26,219 nt of DNA, taken from positions 1 through 26,219 of the IMG/VR virus record IMGVR_UViG_3300002091_000104, one strand, 5' to 3'. This DNA is from a virus. Lineage: Duplodnaviria; Caudoviricetes. A program made the position numbers and the translations under genes. Of the stretch, positions 16,449 through 25,060 are shown piece after piece. The notes under the pieces are model-generated. The model was not told where the DNA came from. It did not search any database and saw only the letters and a list, made by a program, of their open reading frames with translations. How positions within the stretch are numbered: the stretch's first letter is position 1; each line of letters opens with the position of its first letter.

Positions 16449-18572
16449 ATGAGTGGAACTAAATACGTTTTAAAGAACAACACCACATTAGCACAATTTT
16501 TTGACTACAAAACTTTGTCAGACGCAATGTGGAATTATCAAGTTCAGTTAAATCCGGGTCAAATAAAAACAATTTGGGCTGAAACAGGAACTTTAAAAAT
16601 TTACAATAATGGTGCAATCACCATAGAGGAAGAATCAGCATTTCCTCCAACCGACCACGTAATTGGTGGTGGAAGTAATGGGACTAAAACTTATGTTGAT
16701 TATACAAATAAATCAATCTTAATATTCTCAAAATTACCTAGTTCAACTAATTTAGGTTATTCTATTTTGGATTTTGACCATAATGTTATTTATGGTCCTG
16801 TTGATTTGGGGTATAACACGGCTAATGTTACCGGTGGTTATTGGTATATTGATAATATATTTCCATTTACAAATTCAGGTTACGCAATTTATTTAACTAA
16901 CGATGATAACGATAATAAAGCATCAATTTATTTAGATTATAGAGGAACAATTATTGGTCAATATTCTGCAAGTACTAATAGTAGAAATTATGATATGTTA
17001 GACGGTAAATTCGCATATTTTATTGATTATGATAATGAAATATTTAACTACTCGGACGGTAAAACTTTTAAATCAAGAGAATTTAACGGAGTCGACTATA
17101 TGTTTGGCGTAGTAGGTGGTTATTGGGACAGTAATAATAACAATAGTTTTGTCACAGCTTTAAGTAATGGTTCATACAACTTATACACCTTAATAACAAT
17201 GGATAGTGAAATTCCGTTAGTTAATTGGGACGGTGATAATACTCAAATAGGTGTTTTCCAGTATAGGAATTCTAACTTTACCACAACAATGAATTACAAT
17301 ACTAACGATGGTACTTATAAATTTTTTAATATCTACTCATCAACAGGAACTATATTACAATCAATTGATTTAACTTTAGGTGACACATACGATGATTTTG
17401 ACCTTTCTTTCTTTGGTACAAATAAAATGAATATCATTTTTTATTATGATGGTGATGTTAATACACCTTATTTAATCTATACATATGATGGTGAAACAAA
17501 CACATTAATATCAACAACTCATCAAAGAGGTGATAATTTCTCAAATTGGAATCAACGTTACGATAGTTTATACGGTGCTGACACTAATTTCCCAAGTCAA
17601 GATTTCCACATATTTTTCTATAATGAGTCTGATAATAATTATTATTTTATAACTTCAATTTATTTTAATGTTTTATCATATTTCAGTGGTGACACAGAAT
17701 ATAGAACACCTTACTTAATTAATTATTCAGGTGGTACAGTAAATTGGGTTAATATATATAATGACTTCTTGGGGTCATCTTTAATGTTTTTATATTATGA
17801 AGATGATGGTAATATTTTAAAATTATTAACGATAACGTCAGATGGTGTTTCATCTGTCGATGTTACTCTATTAGGACCGTTAGACACCTATTATATTGCC
17901 TCTTGGTGGATTGGAGACACATTTATCTTTACAACATTTAGTAGTTATGGTTCGGCAGGAACATTATACGCATACGATGCGATGGGTAATCAATTAGATT
18001 ATGTATTATTCTATGATAATTGGAATGATGATTATAGTTATGGGACTTTTTATTTTGAAACTGGTCCGGGAGCTTATTATTTTAATACCACAAATTCAAA
18101 ATTCATATCAATTGATTATTACGACAATAGTGAAACTGTTAATTTGTATTATACAGATACTTTCAAAAGAGCTAGTAATATGGTATTAGCTAACTATGAT
18201 ATGGACGGACTTTATGTTAGACTTTTAACTGAAAATAATTTATCACCTCAAATTATTGCTCCAACACCTAATTGTTGTTATTCTAATGTAAAAGTTGGAA
18301 AAGATGTTATATTATATCTATATATCAATAATGATGAAAATTTAGTAATTAGTTTATACAATTTATCGTTGGCTTTATTACAATCTATTACTATAACACA
18401 ATATAATAACATATATGACGTAATAATGGTAGAAAATAGAGTTTTAGTTCAAATTGAAAATAATAATATTGTAACAAATTATATGGTATCAGCAAATGGA
18501 ATTAAAACAGTTGATTCAACTAATAATTATGATTGGAGAGTTCCAAACGATTATGTTTGGTGGAATGACTAA
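16449..18572 (+). CDS. Large beta-rich protein, possibly virion-associated
   Basis: 707-aa ORF rich in Tyr/Asn/Asp/Thr; no recognised motif. Confidence 0.6.
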   Translation: MSGTKYVLKNNTTLAQFFDYKTLSDAMWNYQVQLNPGQIKTIWAETGTLKIYNNGAITIEEESAFPPTDHVIGGGSNGTKTYVDYTNKSILIFSKLPSSTNLGYSILDFDHNVIYGPVDLGYNTANVTGGYWYIDNIFPFTNSGYAIYLTNDDNDNKASIYLDYRGTIIGQYSASTNSRNYDMLDGKFAYFIDYDNEIFNYSDGKTFKSREFNGVDYMFGVVGGYWDSNNNNSFVTALSNGSYNLYTLITMDSEIPLVNWDGDNTQIGVFQYRNSNFTTTMNYNTNDGTYKFFNIYSSTGTILQSIDLTLGDTYDDFDLSFFGTNKMNIIFYYDGDVNTPYLIYTYDGETNTLISTTHQRGDNFSNWNQRYDSLYGADTNFPSQDFHIFFYNESDNNYYFITSIYFNVLSYFSGDTEYRTPYLINYSGGTVNWVNIYNDFLGSSLMFLYYEDDGNILKLLTITSDGVSSVDVTLLGPLDTYYIASWWIGDTFIFTTFSSYGSAGTLYAYDAMGNQLDYVLFYDNWNDDYSYGTFYFETGPGAYYFNTTNSKFISIDYYDNSETVNLYYTDTFKRASNMVLANYDMDGLYVRLLTENNLSPQIIAPTPNCCYSNVKVGKDVILYLYINNDENLVISLYNLSLALLQSITITQYNNIYDVIMVENRVLVQIENNNIVTNYMVSANGIKTVDSTNNYDWRVPNDYVWWND

Positions 18573-18599
18573 AAATTAAATTAAATAAAAAAATTATAT

Positions 18600-18926
18600 A
18601 TGAAATATTTTGTAAAATACGAAGTCAAAAAGGGTGATAAAACATTTATTAACCCAGGTTTAACAGATTTTAACACATCTGTTGAGTTAAATGCTGGTCA
18701 ATTAAAAACATCCATTAAAGAATTTTTAGAAGTACCAACAGGTAATACTGTGGTTTCCGAAGTTCTTAAATCAGGTCAAAAAGAATTAGTTGATACCGAC
18801 ATCATCCCTTTTAGTGGTAAAACAGGTTTAAACTACCTTTTAACATTAAGTGGCGATACCGGAACACAATCATTTAGTGGTGGAACCAAATCATTAAATA
18901 AACCTAATTTCCTTAATAAGAAATAA
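18600..18926 (+). CDS. Hypothetical protein
   Basis: ORF followed by a terminator. Confidence 0.7.
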   Translation: MKYFVKYEVKKGDKTFINPGLTDFNTSVELNAGQLKTSIKEFLEVPTGNTVVSEVLKSGQKELVDTDIIPFSGKTGLNYLLTLSGDTGTQSFSGGTKSLNKPNFLNKK

Positions 18927-18934
18927 AAATAATA

Positions 18935-18963
18935 AACCCCCTCTGAAAAGAAGGGGTTTTTTT
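18935..18963. terminator. Bidirectional terminator
   Basis: AAACCCC...GGGGTTTTTTT between convergent genes. Confidence 0.7.
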
Positions 18964-18989
18964 ATGAAACCTTGTTATTTGTATATTAT

Positions 18990-19829
18990 TTAATATTTTT
19001 CTCCACAGTGGGGACAAAAAAGATGACTATCACGTCGTTTTTTTGTCCCACAATTCCCACAATATACTTTTAAATCTTGTTTTTCAAAAACCTGTTGTGA
19101 TACCGGAAGAATTTTCCATATAGATGTTGAACAAGCATAATGATTAAAAGTTTTATCTACGGTTTTAAATGATTGGTCAGATGAACCACCCTTTTCAACT
19201 CTACCGGTTTCAATAGAGTCCATAGATAACATATCCATAGTAACCTCACTACGAGAATTACTTTTAGATTTTTTACTTCTAATGTTTGGTCCAACAAAAG
19301 TGTTGCTTGACGCGGTATTGAAACTAATACCACCCGTATTAGTTGATGAATAATTTGTTGTTGTAACGGTACCATTACTCACATAACCTCCCGTTATATT
19401 ATGACTATTATAAGTGTTACAAGTCGGTATACCAAATGAATTACCAATATAAGTTATTGGGTTATTCCACACCGGTTGTTTATATTCATCAAAGAAGTCA
19501 ATAACAACATCCCCATTTCCGGAGATGGTATCCAATACCTCATTTGATGTTCCGTCAACCTCATAAGTTTCAAACTTAAATTTACGAGCATCGTCAAGAT
19601 ATCTCTCAAGAAATACTCTTTGTCCCGGTTTAAGAACAATTCCTCCTCCGGAGATATAACTTCCGTCAAGTTTGATTTTCGCTAATACTGTGGTTGATGA
19701 TGGGTTGAATAATTCCAATTGGAATTCGTCCCCGTTGTTTAGATAGACAGTTTGTCCAAATTGTTTAAGACGTTTTCTGTCTTTTGAGATGTACGCAGAA
19801 GGCGTACCTGTTTTTGTTTGGTAATACAT
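18990..19829 (-). CDS. Hypothetical protein with C-terminal zinc ribbon
   Basis: CGNCG...CPHCG at the C-terminus; beta-rich N-terminal domain. Confidence 0.8.
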   Translation of the reverse strand: MYYQTKTGTPSAYISKDRKRLKQFGQTVYLNNGDEFQLELFNPSSTTVLAKIKLDGSYISGGGIVLKPGQRVFLERYLDDARKFKFETYEVDGTSNEVLDTISGNGDVVIDFFDEYKQPVWNNPITYIGNSFGIPTCNTYNSHNITGGYVSNGTVTTTNYSSTNTGGISFNTASSNTFVGPNIRSKKSKSNSRSEVTMDMLSMDSIETGRVEKGGSSDQSFKTVDKTFNHYACSTSIWKILPVSQQVFEKQDLKVYCGNCGTKKRRDSHLFCPHCGEKY

Positions 19830-19972
19830 AATTTCCTTATTTTATTTTTTATGTTTATTGAACTTCTCTTCGTTGGTATCAATTCCAACTCAAATGCCTC
19901 TGTGGACACGAGAACCTCAGCAACAAGGTTTCAGTTATAAATATAAGGATAATTTGTTTTTAATCAATAATA

Positions 19973-19998
19973 AAAAACCCCCAAGTTTCCTTGGAGGT
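19973..19998 (-). terminator. Intrinsic terminator ending the second RNA array
   Basis: ACCTCCAAG-GAAA-CTTGGGGGTTTTTT. Confidence 0.8.
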
Positions 19999-20121
19999 CT
20001 ATTCTGATATACGTAGGGTTACCGGGTACCTACCCTGATTAATGACAATCAGACCACCGTTCACCACCTGTAAGGGTCTAACGACTGATATTATAACTTG
20101 CTTACACTCAAATATCTCCTG

Positions 20122-20194
20122 TTGTCCCGTTGGGAGTCGAACCCAATTCTCCTGATTATGAGTCAAGTGCTTCTACCGCATAAGCTACGGGACG
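20122..20194 (-). tRNA. tRNA with CAT anticodon (Met/Ile2; C1-A72 mismatch)
   Basis: CTTGA-CTCATAA-TCAGG anticodon arm; TTGGG-TTCGACT-CCCAA T arm. Confidence 0.85.
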
Positions 20195-20237
20195 ATTAAA
20201 ATATGGGTTTTTAGTGAACCCATAAACACTTGATTAA

Positions 20238-20468
20238 CTATTGGTGGTGTTTGACATACCTACCAAATTTATCAACCCTCACAGAGAGTTTCTCCAATCG
20301 GAATTTCCATTCCTTAAACTTAGACAAACCTGATTTTAATCTTGCTTGTCTCATTGCAGATTCCTCTGCCTTCTCACGTCCTTCTTCCGTAGTTTCTACG
20401 AAAAAAGTGGGAGCCTGAACACCGTTACTAACGGGTACTACTCTCCAAATTCTCAATTTCTGAGTCAT
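20238..20468 (-). CDS. Hypothetical basic protein, preceded by an in-frame triple-amber leader (ATG at 20519)
   Basis: ORF track; upstream ATG AAA AAC AAC CAA CCC AAC TCC TCA TAG TTT TAG CAT TAG CTA AAA TTT ATG. Confidence 0.7.
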   Translation of the reverse strand: MTQKLRIWRVVPVSNGVQAPTFFVETTEEGREKAEESAMRQARLKSGLSKFKEWKFRLEKLSVRVDKFGRYVKHHQ

Positions 20469-20634
20469 AAATTTTAGCTAATGCTAAAACTATGAGGAGT
20501 TGGGTTGGTTGTTTTTCATATTTGTAATATAATCAATTAAAAATAAATATCAAACATATGGTGGTCTATCACCTCACATTTTCAACGGGTCCAATTTTAC
20601 GTGTGCCACACTGGTTTACTTCTGCACTGTCGCT

Positions 20635-21447
20635 TTAATGTTTGTTATTTTCTTGTATCATTTCCATAATCCCATAATTTTTACACCATTTTCTAACCGC
20701 GTTATCACTAACATTGTAATGACGGCCAACGGATGTAAATGTTTTATGTTTTCCAAAAATTTCCAATAATTCGGGAACTTTCGGGATTGTATTATTTATT
20801 CTTTTTCCCTCGTAATAACATTCGATAGAACAATATTTTTTACTTTTTCCGGTATATTCTCCGTTACAAGTTAAACATTGTTTAATTTCTTGTTTTTTTA
20901 TTTGCTTTGTCTCATCATCACTTTTACTAATAACGTATTTAAGTGTGGTATTAACCCATTCTTCAGTTGGTTCTGTTTTTTTTGTTTTAATATTTCTACC
21001 TCTATAATTATCAGTCATTGAATGACAATTTGGACATAATATTTGTAAATTATCTAATTGATTGTCATTTGAATCCCCATTAATGTGGTGTAATTCTAAA
21101 CCAATTGGATTTCCCATCCATTCGGATAAATTACAACATTCACACTTAGAAGTTTTTAACCCTTCATCAATCAATCTTTTTTTTAATTTACTACTACCAT
21201 ACACAGACCCTTTTACTAATATTTCATTCAAAGGTATTGGTAACATAATTTTTCTATATCTTTCACCAGTATTCCACCCTTTACCCGTGAAGTGTGAAAT
21301 ATCAATATTAAATTCCGTTATTTTATTTTGTATTGTTTTATAATTACCCCCCGCAGCAATAATACCTAAATTTTTACATACTTGTGATATTGATAACGAT
21401 TTTTTAATTACATCCTCAAGTTCTTCTTTTGTGTGTTTATATTTCAT
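20635..21447 (-). CDS. HNH homing endonuclease with C-terminal HTH
   Basis: CECC...LELHHINGD..DN..DNLQILCPNCHS; VSDNAVRKW. Confidence 0.9.
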   Translation of the reverse strand: MKYKHTKEELEDVIKKSLSISQVCKNLGIIAAGGNYKTIQNKITEFNIDISHFTGKGWNTGERYRKIMLPIPLNEILVKGSVYGSSKLKKRLIDEGLKTSKCECCNLSEWMGNPIGLELHHINGDSNDNQLDNLQILCPNCHSMTDNYRGRNIKTKKTEPTEEWVNTTLKYVISKSDDETKQIKKQEIKQCLTCNGEYTGKSKKYCSIECYYEGKRINNTIPKVPELLEIFGKHKTFTSVGRHYNVSDNAVRKWCKNYGIMEMIQENNKH

Positions 21448-21525
21448 AATATTCTTTTATTATAAATATCTCGAACCTACACAAAGTTTAAGTTTTTTAT
21501 AAAATTTTTTACGATTACCATTTAG

Positions 21526-21606
21526 TACCCGGAGAGGGAGTCGAACCCTCACGTCAATGGACACGGAGTCTTAAGCTCCGCGTGGCTACCGTTACACCAT
21601 CCGGGT
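21526..21606 (-). tRNA. tRNA-Leu(TAA)
   Basis: CGGAG-CTTAAGA-CTCCG; long variable arm; ACCCGGA/TCCGGGT-A. Confidence 0.9.
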
Positions 21607-21616
21607 AATTTTCCCC

Positions 21617-21824
21617 CAATGAGATTAATTTGGGGTAGATGTCCACAGTTTTCCTATTCAAAACCCATCGCGTCTTACCGCTTAAAAGTCAACCATTACT
21701 CGGAGGCAAGATGGTGTTCTTCCCTTTATTCCGACAGACCCCCTCTGTAAAACCGTTTGAGGCGTCAGCTACATCTTTGTTTAAGAAACGATGCCAAATC
21801 TGTTGAGTATCTCTATCTCAATTG
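21617..21824 (-). ncRNA. Unknown ~205-nt RNA between tRNAs, ends complementary
   Basis: (A)TTGAGAT...ATCTCA(T)T termini; GC-richer than flanks; no ORF. Confidence 0.4.
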
Positions 21825-21905
21825 TAGTCAGGACAGGACTCGAACCTGTAATTCCGGTTAAACCCCCTCGATGGGGCCGCGTCTATCCAATTCCGCCACC
21901 CGACC
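21825..21905 (-). tRNA. tRNA-like RNA, AGTCAGG family, 6-nt anticodon loop ATCGAG
   Basis: GGTCGGG/CCTGACT-A; GCCCC-ATCGAG-GGGGT; near-duplicate of 22027..22106. Confidence 0.65.
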
Positions 21906-22026
21906 ATATACCTTTTTATACGACGTTGAGAAGGTTAACTCTATCTCCTATACGATGAGAACAGAAAATTGTGCATTGTTAAGAGGCCCTCTGTGTATTA
22001 CGATTCCCTCGCGAGCGGGACTGTTG

Positions 22027-22106
22027 TAGTCAGGACAGGACTCGAACCTGTAATTCCGGTTAAACCCCTCGACGGGGCCGCGTCTATCCAATTCCGCCAC
22101 CTAACT
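22027..22106 (-). tRNA. tRNA-like RNA, AGTCAGG family, 5-nt anticodon loop GTCGA
   Basis: AGTTAGG/CCTGACT-A; GCCCC-GTCGA-GGGGT. Confidence 0.65.
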
Positions 22107-22231
22107 ATATTATAACAACTACTCTTAACCCATCTGATATTCACAAGCCCTAATTTGTGTCAGGAGATTCTAACTCCATCCCTAGTTGTCAAGTGTGTCT
22201 AAAGAGCATTGGACACTTCCTTTATAATTTG

Positions 22232-22321
22232 TTGTCAAAACAGGAATCGAACCTGTGCTCTGCCGAAGATACCCCACTTTCGTGAATCGACGACCAAATA
22301 CTACCACTATATCATTTGACA
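22232..22321 (-). tRNA. tRNA-like RNA with non-canonical centre
   Basis: TGTCAAA/TTTGACA-A acceptor, ACAGG-TTCGATT-CCTGT T arm; no 5-bp/7-nt anticodon arm. Confidence 0.55.
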
Positions 22322-22395
22322 ATATTCCCGTCTTTCCGAGATGTCAACTACTTGTATGTTGTTCCTACATACCAATCCTCTTATAGTCGATTTTG

Positions 22396-22479
22396 TGAAA
22401 AGAGTAGGATTCGAACCTACAATGCCATCATCACTGACCTGAAGTCAATTCAACGCCTTACCATTTCAGCCATCTTTTC
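22396..22479 (-). tRNA. Atypical tRNA, possible TCA (opal-reading) anticodon
   Basis: GAAAAGA/TCTTTTC-A; ATTGA-CTTCAGG-TCAGT; extra nucleotides between the D and anticodon arms. Confidence 0.55.
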
Positions 22480-22486
22480 ATTTCAG

Positions 22487-22567
22487 AGCTTCCGATTGGA
22501 TTCGAACCAACGTGCCTTTCGGTCCTACTTACAAAATAGGTGCAATCAACCACTATGCGACGGAAGC
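22487..22567 (-). tRNA. tRNA-Thr(TGT) with an unusual long variable arm
   Basis: GCTTCCG/CGGAAGC-T; CCTAT-TTTGTAA-GTAGG; CC-GAAA-GG variable hairpin. Confidence 0.8.
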
Positions 22568-22793
22568 CTGTCGCAGAGTATTTTTTTTAAGTAGAAGTCA
22601 ACTCTGTCTCTTAAACTACTTATTGGTACTGGCACGGTTTCGGCCGAAACTCGGATTTGTACTTCATCCACAGGAATACCTGTCGCCAATTTCTTTAACA
22701 TCATCACTTCGGCCACATTGGGAGAACCGCAGTTCCCACGTTGTTTAAGGAGGTAGTTGGCGGTGTATCACACCGAGTTATGATAATGTATTG

Positions 22794-22866
22794 TACCCCT
22801 AGAAGGAGTTGCACCTTCAAACTTTCGGGTCTAAACCGAACGAGTCTCCTATTCCTCTATAGGGGT
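22794..22866 (-). tRNA. tRNA with TAG anticodon (Leu), short variable loop, T-loop TGCAACT
   Basis: ACCCCTA/TAGGGGT-A; TTCGG-TTTAGAC-CCGAA; 5' end overlaps the upstream CDS stop. Confidence 0.75.
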
Positions 22867-23706
22867 ATTTATTTTTTCATAGGATTTCACCCATTTACGA
22901 ATCGCGTTGTCGGATACCCCGTATTTTTTACCTGTGCCAACATAACCTAATTCTTCAATCTCTTTGATTAAAATATTATATTCAGGTCTCTCGACTTTTC
23001 TACTATATTGTCCCAAACATTTAGTACAAGTTTTAGAATTTTTTAATATTTTTTTCCCACAACCACAATATTTATCCTTAATACCTTTATTAAATTTGAT
23101 TAAATTATTTAATTCAGTTAACTCTTCATACGAATATTCGTCAAATGTTTTAAGATAACTTACTAATTTTAGTACAAACTCATCAAGATATATTTTAGAA
23201 TAATGTACTTCAATTATTCTCCAACCTAAATTAATAAAATGTTCGTTACGAATTTTATAATATTCTTTAAGAGTACCATCTGAATTATAGTGTTGGTTAC
23301 CATTAACCTCAACACCTATTTTATTCTTTAAGAATGAAATGTCCATTGAATAAAATCTATCAGATTCGATTGGTGTATATTCTTCATTAAAAATTAACCC
23401 GTTTTCCTGTAAAATAGTTTTTAATTTTTCACAAGGTATAGATTTTTGTTTACCTTTACGTTTCCAAGGATGATTATCCGGATTTTCTTTCAAATATTTT
23501 ATTCGACCGATACGAATTTTATCTCGTTGTTCATCCGTTAATTTACGTTTATATTCTATAAATTTTAATAAACCATCATTTATTCCTTTATTCAAAATTT
23601 TTCTTGATAAACCAAATTTATTCATAATTTTGGTTTTATCATTCCCTTCATCGTGATAAACTTGTATAATTTCCCAATTAATTTTTAATAAATCAATTTT
23701 TTTCAT
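22849..23706 (-). CDS. DUF559/Vsr-like endonuclease with C-terminal HTH (putative homing endonuclease)
   Basis: YSMDISF....IGVEVNG.QHY...RNE....GWRIIEV; C.CG...C..C; VSDNAIRKW. Confidence 0.82.
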   Translation of the reverse strand: MKKIDLLKINWEIIQVYHDEGNDKTKIMNKFGLSRKILNKGINDGLLKFIEYKRKLTDEQRDKIRIGRIKYLKENPDNHPWKRKGKQKSIPCEKLKTILQENGLIFNEEYTPIESDRFYSMDISFLKNKIGVEVNGNQHYNSDGTLKEYYKIRNEHFINLGWRIIEVHYSKIYLDEFVLKLVSYLKTFDEYSYEELTELNNLIKFNKGIKDKYCGCGKKILKNSKTCTKCLGQYSRKVERPEYNILIKEIEELGYVGTGKKYGVSDNAIRKWVKSYEKINTPIEE

Positions 23707-23769
23707 AAATTCTCTTTATTATAAATAGTTTAAGAATGATGGAAGTTCGATTTATTCATTTTTTTTTTG

Positions 23770-23842
23770 TGATTCCGGTAAGATTCAAACTTACGACCCA
23801 CAGATTAGAAATCTGTCGCTCTATTCACTGAGCTACGGAACC
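23770..23842 (-). tRNA. tRNA-Arg(TCT)
   Basis: ACAGA-TTTCTAA-TCTGT; GGTTCCG/CGGAATC-A. Confidence 0.9.
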
Positions 23843-23859
23843 AATTTATTCTGTTACCG

Positions 23860-24256
23860 ACATAGATTGGTAATTAAGTGTGAAAGCCCAAACCCCTTCA
23901 CCCCCCTATTATCATCCTGCTACATTCTTGACGAATACCGACGTTTTCACTTAACCTTCCGTTAGACATACGAATCTATGTTTTCTGTATGTGGTGAGTA
24001 ACTTCCTTCCCCACTTGTGTTTCCGAGATATCGAGGGCACCATACTGTCTAACGTCAAACAGAATATAATTTTTAAAATAGTTCGACCAAATTTTTCACC
24101 ATTGCGGTCTGAAGGAGCTGTGACTTCATCTCCACGTCCGTTATGGATGACCGGTGCGCCGTTGTCTTTCATCATACTTTTCACCTACCTATGTGTTAAA
24201 GGGTTCCGGCAGTGTCCCCGAAGGTTACTTCATATAATTACTTTTTCACTATTTTT
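23860..24256 (-). ncRNA. Tandem stem-enclosed unknown RNAs between tRNA-Gly and tRNA-Arg
   Basis: Terminal stems CATAGATT/AATCTATG (about 23861-23980), TTCTGT/ACAGAA (about 23983-24064) and AAAATAGT/ACTATTTT (about 24075-24256). Confidence 0.4.
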
Positions 24257-24257
24257 G

Positions 24258-24331
24258 AGTAACTAGCCGGTCTCGAACCGGCCTTATTCCACATTGGAAG
24301 TGTGGTGCCATACCTACTAGGCGATAGTTAC
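24258..24331 (-). tRNA. tRNA-Gly(TCC)
   Basis: CCACA-CTTCCAA-TGTGG; U73. Confidence 0.9.
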
Positions 24332-24380
24332 ATTTTAAACTTATACCTTGAAAATAAATTTAAATTTTAAACCTATAAGT

Positions 24381-24554
24381 TTATACTTTTGTTTTAAGAG
24401 TCTCAATCTCTTTGTTGATTCTCTTCATATCAGAATCAGTTAATGGAACTTTCACATCTCGTGTTCCTTTTTCGGTTTTTACACCATTTTTTAATTGTTT
24501 CTCCAACATTTCAAGAACTCTTTGTTGTCTTGACCTTTTTGCTACTGTAGCCAT
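24381..24554 (-). CDS. Small basic hypothetical protein (57 aa)
   Basis: Hand translation MATVAKRSRQQRVLEMLEKQLKNG...INKEIETLKTKV. Confidence 0.65.
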   Translation of the reverse strand: MATVAKRSRQQRVLEMLEKQLKNGVKTEKGTRDVKVPLTDSDMKRINKEIETLKTKV

Positions 24555-24576
24555 ACGGATTTAGTTATTAAATTAG

Positions 24577-24649
24577 TAGCGTAGGGCAGGTAACGCTCCT
24601 GCTTATTCGACCTTATGAGAGTCGTGAGATACTATACCTCCCCCTCGCG
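24577..24649 (-). tRNA. tRNA-Met(CAT), initiator-like acceptor, T-loop AGCGTTA
   Basis: CGCGAGG 5' end with unpaired C1; CGACT-CTCATAA-GGTCG. Confidence 0.75.
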
Positions 24650-24666
24650 ATGTATTATTTATTTTG

Positions 24667-24737
24667 CTGACTAATAAGGATTTGAACCTTACTCCTAAGT
24701 TCCAATGACGGTCTCTGTGCTCCATACACCATAATCA
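24667..24737 (-). tRNA. Degenerate tRNA-like element
   Basis: TAAGG-TTCAAAT-CCTTA T arm, GTG/CAC D arm, imperfect acceptor, no clear anticodon arm. Confidence 0.45.
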
Positions 24738-24787
24738 ATCGAGGTTTTCGAACACCTCAGTCATAGGGTAATTAATCCTATGGTTTG

Positions 24788-24858
24788 CAGTCTAGACCGG
24801 TAATGCTCCGGCGACTCAACAGTGACAATGTTGGATGATACTTTTTCACTACTAGACT
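24788..24858 (-). tRNA. tRNA-Asp(GTC), T-loop AGCATTA
   Basis: CAACA-TTGTCAC-TGTTG; AGTCTAG/CTAGACT-G73. Confidence 0.82.
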
Positions 24859-24927
24859 TTGTTTTTATTCTCTACAAAGATAGGTAGAACAATCTAAACT
24901 ACCAAATCTTTTTTTACTTTTTTTTTG

Positions 24928-24999
24928 TGGAGGTACACGGTAACGCTCCGTGTTCTGTGATTTGCAAAACCACTGTAATTGCTTTTATACGATACCCCC
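24928..24999 (-). tRNA. tRNA-Ala(TGC), T-loop AGCGTTA
   Basis: GTGGT-TTTGCAA-ATCAC; G3:U70 wobble; A73. Confidence 0.85.
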
Positions 25000-25060
25000 A
25001 ATTTTGGATAGATGAGGTTCTATCCGGACCAGGACCTTCTCCCTTGGGAGATGTCTGTTG

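Noticed and set aside
21950-21961. 12-mer ATACGATGAGAA shared with 2581-2592
   Set aside because: Isolated 12-mer matches are expected by chance in 26 kb and there is no flanking similarity.
22316-22950. Plus-strand ORFs over the tRNA array, and 6327..6515
   Set aside because: They are antisense readings of tRNA genes.
23983-24064. Cobalamin-riboswitch-like words (GGTGCCC, GGGAAGG); SRP-like TCAAG..AGCAG near 23915-23932
   Set aside because: The remaining core elements are missing and no regulated CDS follows.
23951-24266. ORFs 23951..24184 (-) and 23991..24266 (+)
   Set aside because: Atypical composition and they cross stem-enclosed RNA-like units; more likely non-coding, though not excluded.
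24510-24520. boxA-like GTTCTTGAAA
   Set aside because: Lies inside a plausible small CDS and not after a promoter.
24928-24999. tRNA-Cys(GCA) or a tmRNA end
   Set aside because: The loop register gives TGC, and G3:U70 with a complete cloverleaf indicates tRNA-Ala.
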